Source: Candidatus Methanosuratincola verstraetei
GTDB lineage: Archaea; Thermoproteota; Methanomethylicia; Methanomethylicales; Methanomethylicaceae
Reading direction: 5' to 3'
Assembly (NCBI GenBank): GCA_049570475.1
Contig: CP186953.1
Coordinates: 1,056,001-1,120,000, forward strand
Length of the DNA: 64,000 bases
Shown: one piece after another, positions 29,334 to 38,532 of the stretch
Numbering within the stretch: the first letter of the stretch is position 1
Layout of the letters: every line of letters begins with the position of its first letter
Program-made: the position numbers and the translations under genes
Notes under the pieces: model-generated
Databases searched by the model: none
Told to the model about the DNA's origin: nothing
What the model saw: only the letters and a program-made list of their open reading frames with translations

Positions 29334-30220
29334 GTCTCAAAGTCCTTTGCCGCATAGGTGCAGGCGAAGACAGTCCTCGCCTCCTCTTCCAGAAAAGCAG
29401 CGTCGGGATACCTCGCGCTGAAATGAGTCAGGATCAGCTTTTTCACACCTGCCCTGCTGGCAACCTCGGCAGCCCCCCGGGCAGTGGAATGCCCCTCAAC
29501 CATGGCCCTCTCCCTAAGCTCCTCCGAGAATGTGCTCTCGTGTATGAGCAGGTCAGCACCATCTGCGAGCCTGACGATTCCATCGCTAGGTCTGGTATCT
29601 CCTGAGTAGACGACTGAGATCCCCCTGACTGGCTCCCCTAGCACATCCGAGGGCTTCACCTCTCGCCCGTCCTCTAGGATCACCTGCTTTCCTGACTTGA
29701 GCTCGCCCCAAAGGGGCCCCTCGGGCACACCGAGCGCCCTCGCCCTCTCCGGTAGGAACCTCCCCGGGCTTCCGCCCACAGTGATCCTGTAGCCTATGTT
29801 GGGGACTGAATGCTCCCCCCATGCGCCGGTCACGCTGTAATTCCTGCTGCTGAATATCTCCCCGCATCCCACCTCGTGCACCTCCAGCTCGAAAGCAGGC
29901 TCGCACATCGCCGGGACCGTGGTCTGCTCTATGAAATCCCTGATCCCGGGTGGGCCGAAGACATCGAGGGGGTGCGCCCTGTTGATGAGGTTCATTGTCT
30001 GGATGAGCCCCGGGAGGCCGAATATATGATCCCCATGCATGTGGGTTATGAAGATCTTCATCCTCTTGCCTAGACCGGCTCCGACCTTCATCATCTGGCG
30101 CTGGGTGCCCTCTCCGCAGTCCAGAAGTATCAGCTCCCCGTCGACCTCCAGCAATACCGAGGGGAGACCGCGGTCTTGGGTAGGCGTCCCGGCAGATGTC
30201 CCTAGGAATGTTACCCTCAC
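29315..30220 (-). CDS. rnz: Ribonuclease Z
   Basis: FLGTSAG.P, DCGEGTQ, THMHGDH, GDTRP, HEST, HST, HFSARY. Confidence 0.96.
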   Translation of the reverse strand: MRVTFLGTSAGTPTQDRGLPSVLLEVDGELILLDCGEGTQRQMMKVGAGLGKRMKIFITHMHGDHIFGLPGLIQTMNLINRAHPLDVFGPPGIRDFIEQTTVPAMCEPAFELEVHEVGCGEIFSSRNYSVTGAWGEHSVPNIGYRITVGGSPGRFLPERARALGVPEGPLWGELKSGKQVILEDGREVKPSDVLGEPVRGISVVYSGDTRPSDGIVRLADGADLLIHESTFSEELRERAMVEGHSTARGAAEVASRAGVKKLILTHFSARYPDAAFLEEEARTVFACTYAAKDFETYELKT

Positions 30221-30221
30221 T

Positions 30222-31250
30222 TCACTCCCTCTCTGCGACTACTATTGCACGCGTCAGCGATTTATGGACTCTCATTGAATGCTCCTCGAGGATCCTGAGC
30301 CCCTCCTCCCTGGCGATCATTGCGGGTCCTATCTCAGAGGGCGAGGCGAAGCAGATCCTCCCGCCATTCTTGAGGGTGTCTCGCGCCATCCTGGCGAGCC
30401 CCCTTATCAGGTCCTCGACCCTTTCCCCGCCTGTGGATGTGCCCCTCCCGTACGGCGGATCGGTCGCGATCCCGTCAGCCTTCTTAACGATGCCTGAGGT
30501 GCCGTCGCCGTGCACCAAGCCACAATCAAGGCCGTAAAACCGTGTGTTATTCATTGCGCCAACGACCATCCTCAGGTCCAGATCGATCCCCACCGCATCC
30601 ATCCCCATCATCGCGGCCTCAATGAGGAACCCCCCTGTGCCGCAAAAGGGGTCCAGGAAAAGGTCCTTGGACCTGACCGCTGACAGGTTCACAAAAACCC
30701 TGGCGATCTTTGGCTCCAAGACGCCGGGGTGGAAGTACGGGCGGGTCCTCGGCCTCCTCCTCACGAACGCCCCCCTGTCCGTAGTGAAGCCGCGCGAGAA
30801 GATGTAGACGCTCCCCCCTGATATGACTGCCCTGATCCAGATCTCAGGCCTGCCCAGGTCCACCCTTGCGCCAAGGCTCCTTGGGACAGCGTCGCCAATG
30901 GCCTTCTCGAGGGTCTGCAGTTCTGCGCCGTCCCAGTACCTCTTGATTCTGGTGGCCCTCACTCCGAAGGTCCTGCCCCCCAAAAACCCCCAGTCTATCT
31001 CGCTGCAGGTGCGCATGACCGACTCCATGCTGAGCCCTGCCCGCCCCAAGAGCTCCCCTCCCTCCATCACCAGTGCAGCCCTTGAACTCAGCAGCCCTTC
31101 AATCCTTCCCTCCGGAGTCAGGATGAGCACTTGGTCGCCTTTCTCCTTCTCGACGTAACTGATCCCCTCGGATCTGAGGATCGCCCTGACCTCTGCATAA
31201 GGGAGCGTCGGGTGCTCTCCCGAGAGTAGGAGGAAGGTGCTCTTCGGCAA
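30222..31250 (-). CDS. tRNA m2G10 methyltransferase (THUMP plus MTase; Trm11/TrmG10)
   Basis: LSGEHP, RPYFHP, DPFCGTGG, TDPPYG, RVHKSLTR. Confidence 0.9.
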   Translation of the reverse strand: MPKSTFLLLSGEHPTLPYAEVRAILRSEGISYVEKEKGDQVLILTPEGRIEGLLSSRAALVMEGGELLGRAGLSMESVMRTCSEIDWGFLGGRTFGVRATRIKRYWDGAELQTLEKAIGDAVPRSLGARVDLGRPEIWIRAVISGGSVYIFSRGFTTDRGAFVRRRPRTRPYFHPGVLEPKIARVFVNLSAVRSKDLFLDPFCGTGGFLIEAAMMGMDAVGIDLDLRMVVGAMNNTRFYGLDCGLVHGDGTSGIVKKADGIATDPPYGRGTSTGGERVEDLIRGLARMARDTLKNGGRICFASPSEIGPAMIAREEGLRILEEHSMRVHKSLTRAIVVAERE

Positions 31251-31251
31251 C

Positions 31252-32130
31252 CTAGCGTAGCTCCTTCGCTATGAGCGGGGCGACGCTTATGCGGCTTATT
31301 GGGCTGCTTACCGTATCAGTGCCAAGGACTTCGTCCACACCAGCCTCGCGCATCCTCTCCGATGCGCCTGAAACCAGCAAAGGATGCGTGCATGCCGCAA
31401 TGACCCTTCTGGCGCCCCATTCCTTTAGGAGCCGGGCAGCGTTCGCTATAGTCCCTCCAGTGCTGATCAGATCGTCGACTATCACTGCGTCCTTGCCTTT
31501 CACGTCGACCGCCTCTCCCCTGACGGTTATCGCCCCGGTGATCCTGTCGCGGGTCTTCTCGAAATTTCCACACTCCGCCCCAAGCCGCTCCGCAACCCTC
31601 TTCGCGATCGTTATAGCCCCTTTGTCAGGGGAGAGTATGTAAGGATCCTTGAGGTCCATCGTCCCCAGGTGTTCGCTTATCACCTCGGTGCCGTAGAGAT
31701 TCTTTGCCTTGATCCTGAAAGCTCCCAGGGTCGCCTCCTTGTGGATGTCGACCGTGTAGAATTCGTCTGCGCCTGCCGCCTCGACAAGCCTGAAGAGCGT
31801 CCTTATGCTGACCGCCTCCCCATCCCTGAACCTCGTGTCCTGCCTCGCGTATGCCATGTACGGGACGACTACCCTGACCCTCTCTGCGCCTAGATCCTTC
31901 AGCGCGTCAGTGATCAGCAGGAGCTCGATTAGGCGCTTGTCCTGCTGGGGGTAAGTCGTGTGGATGAGCGCCACTTCCTCGCCTTCCACGGATCTTGACA
32001 GGCGGAGGTATGACTCGCCGTCCGGGAAGTTTTTATAGTCTAGATCTACCGTTGCTGCAGAAATCAACCCTGCAACTCTCTTGCCGAGGTCTATCGACGA
32101 AGGACCGGGGACCACTATCATAGTGACCAA
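31252..32130 (-). CDS. prs: Ribose-phosphate pyrophosphokinase
   Basis: FPDGE, PYMAYARQD, SPDKGA, VDDLISTGGT. Confidence 0.95.
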   Translation of the reverse strand: MVTMIVVPGPSSIDLGKRVAGLISAATVDLDYKNFPDGESYLRLSRSVEGEEVALIHTTYPQQDKRLIELLLITDALKDLGAERVRVVVPYMAYARQDTRFRDGEAVSIRTLFRLVEAAGADEFYTVDIHKEATLGAFRIKAKNLYGTEVISEHLGTMDLKDPYILSPDKGAITIAKRVAERLGAECGNFEKTRDRITGAITVRGEAVDVKGKDAVIVDDLISTGGTIANAARLLKEWGARRVIAACTHPLLVSGASERMREAGVDEVLGTDTVSSPISRISVAPLIAKELR

Positions 32131-32182
32131 CTCAAAATTCTTAATATCTGTCCCCTCTTAAGACTTATGCGGGGAGATCCTG

Positions 32183-33184
32183 TTGGAGGCCATGCTCTAC
32201 CAGAAGCTGGACAATGGGGCGGTAAGGTGCAACCTGTGCGCCTGGCGTTGCGTGATCCAGCCAGGGAAGCGGGGCGTCTGCAGGGTGCGGGAGAACCGGG
32301 GCGGCAGGCTGGAGACGCTGGTCTACGGCAAGGCAGCCAGCTATGCTGTCGACCCAATCGAGAAGAAGCCGCTCTACCACTTCCACCCTGGAAGCAATGC
32401 ATTCTCGATTGCTACCGTCGGCTGCAACTTCAGGTGCAATTTCTGCGACAATTGGGTTATAAGCCAGGAGGAGACAATCGCCGGGGAGGACTTCCCTCCC
32501 GAGCTGGTCGTGAGCGAGGCCCTCTCCCTGCGCTGTTCCTCGATAAGCTATACCTATACGGAGCCAACGATATTCTTCGAATACGCTTTTGACACTTCGC
32601 GGGCAGCCCACCGCTCAGGGCTGTTCAATACCTTCGTGACAAACGGGTACATGACTCCTGATGCGATTGAGTCAATCCACCCTTACCTGGATGCCGCAAC
32701 CGTCGACTTCAAGGGCAGCGGGGATCCTGCTTTCTACCGGTCATTCTGCGGCGTCCTGAGCGCAGATCCGGTATTCGAGTCCCTCTTGGCCATGAAATCA
32801 AAAGGCATTCACATCGAGATAACCGACCTAATCGTGCCCTGGCAGGGGGAGATCAAGGGCGCCTTCACAAAGCTGGTGAAGTGGATCGTTGAAAATCTGG
32901 GGGACGAGACCCCTTTCCACATCCTCAGGTTCTTCCCAAGCTACAGGTACGAGGGGCCGGGATCCCCTGCCGAGGGTCTCCTTGAGGAGCTCTGGAACCT
33001 GGCAAAGACAGAGGGATTGAAGTATGTTTACCTGGGGAACGTCCCGGGGCACAGGTATGAGAACACATACTGCCCATCGTGCGGGAAGCTCGTCATCGGG
33101 AGGATCGGGTTCCAGGTGACCTCGTTGAGGCTTAAGGGGAGCTCCTGCGCCTACTGCGGAAGCAGGATCAATGTGAGGATCTGA
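32183..33184 (+). CDS. amrS: AmmeMemoRadiSam radical SAM enzyme
   Basis: DPIEKKPLYHF, GCNFRCNFC, YTYTEP, NTYCPSCG. Confidence 0.9.
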   Translation: MEAMLYQKLDNGAVRCNLCAWRCVIQPGKRGVCRVRENRGGRLETLVYGKAASYAVDPIEKKPLYHFHPGSNAFSIATVGCNFRCNFCDNWVISQEETIAGEDFPPELVVSEALSLRCSSISYTYTEPTIFFEYAFDTSRAAHRSGLFNTFVTNGYMTPDAIESIHPYLDAATVDFKGSGDPAFYRSFCGVLSADPVFESLLAMKSKGIHIEITDLIVPWQGEIKGAFTKLVKWIVENLGDETPFHILRFFPSYRYEGPGSPAEGLLEELWNLAKTEGLKYVYLGNVPGHRYENTYCPSCGKLVIGRIGFQVTSLRLKGSSCAYCGSRINVRI

Positions 33185-33196
33185 GGTGGCTTTGGA

Positions 33197-34313
33197 GTGT
33201 GGAGATTATGGAGGCCTGATGCTGTCAGGGCACTGGAGGATCCGAAAGTCGTCTCCTCGATGCCCCGGTACATTGGGATCCTCAAAGGGAAGCTCCTTCC
33301 CAAGTTCGTCATCTCAAGGCAAGTCCAAGTCGAGTGGGGGTCGGACAGCAGCGAGGACGAGCTGTGGGATATCCATGACGCCTCCCTCAGGAAGATGGAG
33401 AAGCTTATGCGCGATCTGGATTCGGGGAGGATCCATCCTGATGAACTTGGGGATCCGCCAAAGAAGTCGCTGCTCCACCTGAAGGCGAGGATTGGGGAGT
33501 CCATAATGCGCTCTTGCAGGCTCTGCGAGAGGAGGTGCGGCGCCGATCGCCTCAAGGGCGAACTCGGTTTCTGCAGGGTTGGGAGGGAGTTTAGGGTCCA
33601 CTCGTGCTTCGACCATCTGGGGGAGGAGCCAGAAGTTGTGCCCAGCTTCACGGTATACGGATCTAGAGTCCGGCCGAATTAGCCTGGGCTGCAACTTCGC
33701 CTGCATCCACTGCCAGAACTGGGAGATCAGCCAGCAGTTCGCGGAGGGGACGGTCTGCGGGGAGAGGGAGATCGCAGCCCTCATTGACGAAGCTAGGAGG
33801 AGGGGGTGCAGGAACCAGAACTGGGTAGGTGGGGACCCGATACCGCACATCCCGTTCTGGCTAAAGGTGCTGCTCTGGGAGACCGAGAACACCCCTGTCT
33901 TCTTCAATACCAACGGCTTCTACTCCACCGAGGCCTCCTCTCTTCTGAGGGGTGTCGTGGACATCTACAAGATCGACTTCAAGTACGGATCTGACATTTG
34001 CGCGGAGAAGATCTCCGGGGTGAGCGGATACTGGAAAGTCATCACCAGAAACCTCAAGGCGGCAAAGAAACAAGGGGAGCTCCTCATACGAGTGTTGGTC
34101 CTTCCTCGTCACTTGGAATGCTGCCTAATTCCGATAGTCTCTTTCATTTCAAGGGAACTCGGCCCGGAAACCAGGGTGAACCTGATGGATCAGTACTCGC
34201 CCCACTGGCGGGCTGCCGAGTTGCCCGAGCTAAAGAAGCGGTTGGATCCCGACGAGTGGGAAAAAGCCGTCAAGATTGCCTTGGAAGCAGGTCTTAGGAA
34301 TGTTATAACGTGA
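33197..34313 (+). CDS. PflX-like radical SAM protein interrupted by a 22-nt BHB intron; join(33197..33656,33679..34313), 364 aa
   Basis: Two ORF-track pieces in different frames; the spliced junction reads EEPEVVPSFTVFSLGCNFACIHCQNWEISQ. Confidence 0.85.
33657..33678 (+). other. Putative archaeal mRNA intron (bulge-helix-bulge)
   Basis: Bulge AT|A 33655-57, central helix CGGT/GCCG, bulge AA|T 33677-79, inner stem CGGA/TCCG. Confidence 0.8.
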
Positions 34314-34404
34314 AGTGAAAGAGGCGTCGGGGATGAAAGTGGGCCAGCGATATGTAGATCATTCTTTAATAGACGTACGGGAATCTCAAGATTGGTGGGT
34401 CTTT

Positions 34405-34605
34405 GTGAGCGGTGTTTGCCCGGAGTGCGGGGGAACTCTGAAGTTTGACCCTTCAAGGAAGCGATACGTCTGCCAGAGCTGCGGCCTATCGCTCTCCAGG
34501 GAGGAGATAGACGAAATACGTTACAAGGATCAGAAGCTCAACGAAGAGGAAGAAAAAGAGAGGGTCCGAAAGGAGTACCTGAAATGGTGGGCAACCAAGA
34601 AGTGA
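34405..34605 (+). CDS. Small zinc-ribbon protein
   Basis: CPECGG...YVCQSCGL...EYLKWW; GTG start at 34405. Confidence 0.8.
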   Translation: MSGVCPECGGTLKFDPSRKRYVCQSCGLSLSREEIDEIRYKDQKLNEEEEKERVRKEYLKWWATKK

Positions 34606-35426
34606 CCCCTGAAAGCGGCCCCGGAAAGGGTCGCCGGTTGGAGATCGAGATCATCTCCTCTGGAAGGGAGCTTCTTATAGGGAAGACTGTAAACACAAAT
34701 GCAGCTTGGATGGCCTCCCGCTTGACTTGGATTGGCGCCTCCGTGACCAGGATAGTCGTGGTAGGCGACTCAGTCCAGGAGATATCTGGTGCAATAATCG
34801 AAACCCTCGCGAGGAGGCCGGCTGCCTTAATAATTACGGGCGGCCTTGGGCCGACCTACGACGACATGACCGTGGAGGCACTTGCGTCCGCCCTCCGGGT
34901 GCCAAACGCCCTGAACGAGGAGGCTCTCCGCATGGTCTCCGAGAAATACTCTGCCATGGGGTTGCCGATGGCGCCCCAAAGGATCAAGATGGCATACCTC
35001 CCCATTGGGGCTGAGCCAATAAGAAATGATGTCGGTACTGCCCCTGGGGTCTCTGCCGAGCTCATGGGAACGCGCATCTTCTGCTTGCCGGGCGTGCCTA
35101 GGGAGATGAAGGCGATGTTCGAATCAAGCGTCCTGCCAGCCCTTTCCAAGCGCTCCGGTGCAGTTTACGGCGAGAGGACATTGCTGCTTGAAAGAGTCCC
35201 CGAATCAACTCTAGCCTCAGTAATCGATGAAGTCAGGAGGCTGCACCCGAACGTGTATTTCAAGTCGCACCCGAAGGGATCTGAGGCACTCCCATTGATC
35301 GAAATGCACCTCAGCGCTTATGCTCCAGACGCTGATTCGCTGTCCAAAGCCCTGGATTCTGCTGAGGGCGAATTAATCTCTGCGGCCAGGCAGATCGGAG
35401 CCTTGGTCAGGAGGGGATGTGCTTGA
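34584..35426 (+). CDS. CinA-like (MoCF-domain) protein
   Basis: GRELLIG.TVNTNA, TGGLGPTYDD, GTAPG, LPGVPREM, FKSHP. Confidence 0.88.
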   Translation: MVGNQEVTPESGPGKGRRLEIEIISSGRELLIGKTVNTNAAWMASRLTWIGASVTRIVVVGDSVQEISGAIIETLARRPAALIITGGLGPTYDDMTVEALASALRVPNALNEEALRMVSEKYSAMGLPMAPQRIKMAYLPIGAEPIRNDVGTAPGVSAELMGTRIFCLPGVPREMKAMFESSVLPALSKRSGAVYGERTLLLERVPESTLASVIDEVRRLHPNVYFKSHPKGSEALPLIEMHLSAYAPDADSLSKALDSAEGELISAARQIGALVRRGCA

Positions 35427-36178
35427 AATTCGCGTTCTTAATGGGCACCGCTGGTTCAGGAAAATCTACATTGGTCCTATCGCTCCGCGACAGGATCAGT
35501 AGCTCCGATGTCAGTGTGGCCACGCTGAACCTTGACCCTGGGGTCCGTTGGCTGCCATACTCCCCTGACGTGGACGTCAGAGACTACATCGACTACGACC
35601 GGCTTGTGGAAGACTACAAGCTTGGGCCTAACGGGGCGCTGATCGCCTCGGTGGATGCCTCTGTGAGCCACATACGGGAAATGAGGGACGAGCTGGATAA
35701 GATCGGGGCTGATTATGTTCTTGTAGACACTCCCGGTCAGATGGAGATATTCGCTTACAGGAGCGCTGGTAGGGGCATAGCCAGCGCCCTCTCAGACGGC
35801 AATTATTGCACAGTGTTCCTCGCGGATTCGATCTTCCTCAGCCGGCCGTCTGACTTTGTCTCGATTCTCCTGCTCTCGTACTCTGTCCAGGCAAGATTCC
35901 ACGCGCCGCAAATTAACTGCATATCAAAGTGCGATCTCCTCCCGCGCGAAATCTATGAGAGAGGGCTCCTCTGGACCGAGGATCCAGAGTTCCTGAAAGA
36001 CGACTTCATGTCGGAGAAGATGGATCTCCACATCGAGATCTCGGAGCGCGTCCTTGAGGCTTTGCTTGAGATCGGGGTTTTAGGAGAGTTTATATTTACC
36101 TCTTCAAATACAGGAGAAGGGCTTGACGATCTGTATGCACAGATACAGCGGATTCACTCCGGTGGAGAGGATCAATAG
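35417..36178 (+). CDS. GPN-loop GTPase
   Basis: GTAGSGKS, NLDPG, LGPNG, DTPGQME. Confidence 0.92.
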   Translation: MCLKFAFLMGTAGSGKSTLVLSLRDRISSSDVSVATLNLDPGVRWLPYSPDVDVRDYIDYDRLVEDYKLGPNGALIASVDASVSHIREMRDELDKIGADYVLVDTPGQMEIFAYRSAGRGIASALSDGNYCTVFLADSIFLSRPSDFVSILLLSYSVQARFHAPQINCISKCDLLPREIYERGLLWTEDPEFLKDDFMSEKMDLHIEISERVLEALLEIGVLGEFIFTSSNTGEGLDDLYAQIQRIHSGGEDQ

Positions 36179-36197
36179 GCAACATGGTGATTAATGG

Positions 36198-37076
36198 ATG
36201 GAGAATCGGACAGTTGAGGTCGGTCCAACAACAAGACAATTACAGGCGATCCAGCAACAAATCGAGGATTACTACCAGCGACTGAATGCCCTGAGGGACA
36301 AGAAAAACGCGCTCCTGACCAAGCTGAGCGAGCTCCAAGATCTTGCATTGAATGCAAAGTCGGAGAGGGACGAGAAGAACCGGATCATCTCCGAGAAGAA
36401 GCGGATTAGGGAGCAGCTGCACAAGGAGAAGGCGGAGATATCGGAGAAGATCAAGGCATTAATCGAAAAGAAGAGGGCACTCCTCGAGAGCGCACCCGGG
36501 TCAGAGGCCAGTCTCGTGAAGCGGTACAAAGAGCTGACCTGGAAATACCAGACGACCAGCCTTACAATTGAGGAGGACCGGAAGCTCGTTCAGGAGATAA
36601 CAGAGCTCGAGAAGAAGCTGGTGCATTTCAAGAAAGTCAAGGATGTTGACCAGGAAATTTCAAGCTTGCGCGCCAAATTCAACGAACTGAAAGACAAAGC
36701 CAACGCGGTCCACCAGGAAGTGCTCACCCTCGCCGAGGAATCAAAAAAGAGCCACGACAAGCTCATGGCTGCCCATGAGGAGGGCGCCAAGATAATCGAC
36801 GAGCTCAACTCTGTCAGGGCTGAAATGAACACGATCTGGGAGACCATAAAGGAATCAAAGACCAAGCTCTCGGATGCTAGGACTAAGTATGAGATCGCAA
36901 AGACGGTGCAGCTTCAGCGGAAAGCACAGGAGCTTGCGGAAAGGGCCAAGCTGCTCCTTTCGAAGAGAACTGAGCTAGTTGCCAGGGCAAACGAGAAGCT
37001 GAAGAAGGGCGAGCGCCTCACATTTGAGGAGTATGCTGCACTTCTAGAGGACAGGGAAGCCAACGGCAGCAGCTGA
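36198..37076 (+). CDS. Conserved archaeal coiled-coil protein (COG1340-like)
   Basis: Heptad pattern, YQTTSLTIEED, KKGERLTFEE. Confidence 0.8.
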   Translation: MENRTVEVGPTTRQLQAIQQQIEDYYQRLNALRDKKNALLTKLSELQDLALNAKSERDEKNRIISEKKRIREQLHKEKAEISEKIKALIEKKRALLESAPGSEASLVKRYKELTWKYQTTSLTIEEDRKLVQEITELEKKLVHFKKVKDVDQEISSLRAKFNELKDKANAVHQEVLTLAEESKKSHDKLMAAHEEGAKIIDELNSVRAEMNTIWETIKESKTKLSDARTKYEIAKTVQLQRKAQELAERAKLLLSKRTELVARANEKLKKGERLTFEEYAALLEDREANGSS

Positions 37077-37258
37077 ACATTCCTTTTTCAAGCAAACAGA
37101 TTGGTATATGGACATCCTTTCAATTCTTTTCCATTAGCATCTGGGTTTTGCCAGCCACGGTTTTTCCGAGTGAGGGCGCAGCCATACCGAGGCATTTTTA
37201 AGGATTTCTGTTGCATTTGGGAACGTTTTAAATATCGACTCCTTATGATACCTAAATA

Positions 37259-38347
37259 GTGGATTTAATGAGCCTCAAGGGCAAGAGGGTACTTGTCCTG
37301 AGCGTGGACAAGGATGACGATGTCGGCCGCGTCACTGGAGTGAAGACTCCGGTAGTAGGCAGAGAAGCAGTCTCTTCCGTGGCAACCCTCTTCGCCATAA
37401 AGAGCCCAGAGGACTCGGATGTCAATTCTATATTCGCGGCAATAAATACTTACGACTCGATTCTCAGCGAAGGCTACGAATGCGAGGTCGCCGTCATAGC
37501 CGGATCTGCTGAAGGGGGGTTCAAGGCAGACCTCAAGATAAGCCGAGAGCTTGAGGAGGTCCTTAGGCGCTTCGACGCTGACGGAGTGGTCTTCGTAAGC
37601 GACGGGGCTGCAGATGAACAGGTAATACCGACAATCCAGTCGAGGATACCTATCATCTCGGTCAAGAGGATATTCGTCCAGCAGGAGAAGAGCGTCGAAG
37701 AAACGTACGTCCTGCTTTACCGATATCTCAAGAAGCTTTCAGAGCCGCAGCACTCGAAGCTTGGATTGGGGGTCCCTGGGGCAGTCCTGATAATCACCAC
37801 TCTGCTGTACTTCCTTGATCTGATAAACTATGCCCTGATTACTTTGGGCGTGGTCGTTGGGGTGATATTGCTAATTAAGGGATTCAGGATAGACAGCGCG
37901 CTTAAGCAGGTCTGGTCAGAGTCGCCCATCCGGTTCATAACTACAGTCATCGGCAGCATAATCGCTTCCGTGGCCGTCTACCAAGGATTCAGCCTAGCGA
38001 TAATGAATGTGACCCTGCCTGATCAGCCGGCTCTTTTCATAAGCCTTTTCCTCTCAAATACGATTGACCTGCTTGTCATAGGAATAGCGATCTTCTTGGG
38101 CGGAAAAGCAGTGGTCAAGTACTTAGAGGGGGTGCCAAAGCTCTGGCACGAGATCGTCGGTTTGGTGTCCCTTATCTTCATAAGGCAAGTTACATTGGAT
38201 GCGTCTACGATTATTGCCAATCCAGCCAGTGGCGCAACCCAGCTCATCCTATCAGCGGGTCTTGGCGTCCTTGTTTGCACCCTTCTAGCGGTGGTATTCA
38301 CAATTCCGACGAGGCTGAAAAAGTCCGGCAGCCCCCCGCAGGCCTAG
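37259..38347 (+). CDS. DUF373 family membrane protein
   Basis: VDKDDDVG, PEDSDVN, VSDGAADE, VQQ..SVEETY, C-terminal TM helices. Confidence 0.88.
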   Translation: MDLMSLKGKRVLVLSVDKDDDVGRVTGVKTPVVGREAVSSVATLFAIKSPEDSDVNSIFAAINTYDSILSEGYECEVAVIAGSAEGGFKADLKISRELEEVLRRFDADGVVFVSDGAADEQVIPTIQSRIPIISVKRIFVQQEKSVEETYVLLYRYLKKLSEPQHSKLGLGVPGAVLIITTLLYFLDLINYALITLGVVVGVILLIKGFRIDSALKQVWSESPIRFITTVIGSIIASVAVYQGFSLAIMNVTLPDQPALFISLFLSNTIDLLVIGIAIFLGGKAVVKYLEGVPKLWHEIVGLVSLIFIRQVTLDASTIIANPASGATQLILSAGLGVLVCTLLAVVFTIPTRLKKSGSPPQA

Positions 38348-38532
38348 TGGCTGTAAACTTCTTTCGCAAAGCATATGCAAAAAGGCTGCAAAATTCTTCC
38401 TTTGCACTAAAGCGAACTCTAGCACTAAAAGATGCTGTCCTTTAAACCCATCAGGGGATGCGCCCATCGCTGCGGCAGTCACTGCATTCAATCGATTGCG
38501 TCGCTTTCTAGAAATGCGAAAGATTATTTCCA

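Noticed and set aside
33197-34313. Pseudogene or sequencing-frameshift reading of the pflX-like gene
   Set aside because: The 22 extra nt form a BHB whose predicted cut sites restore both frame and motif, which is unlikely by chance.
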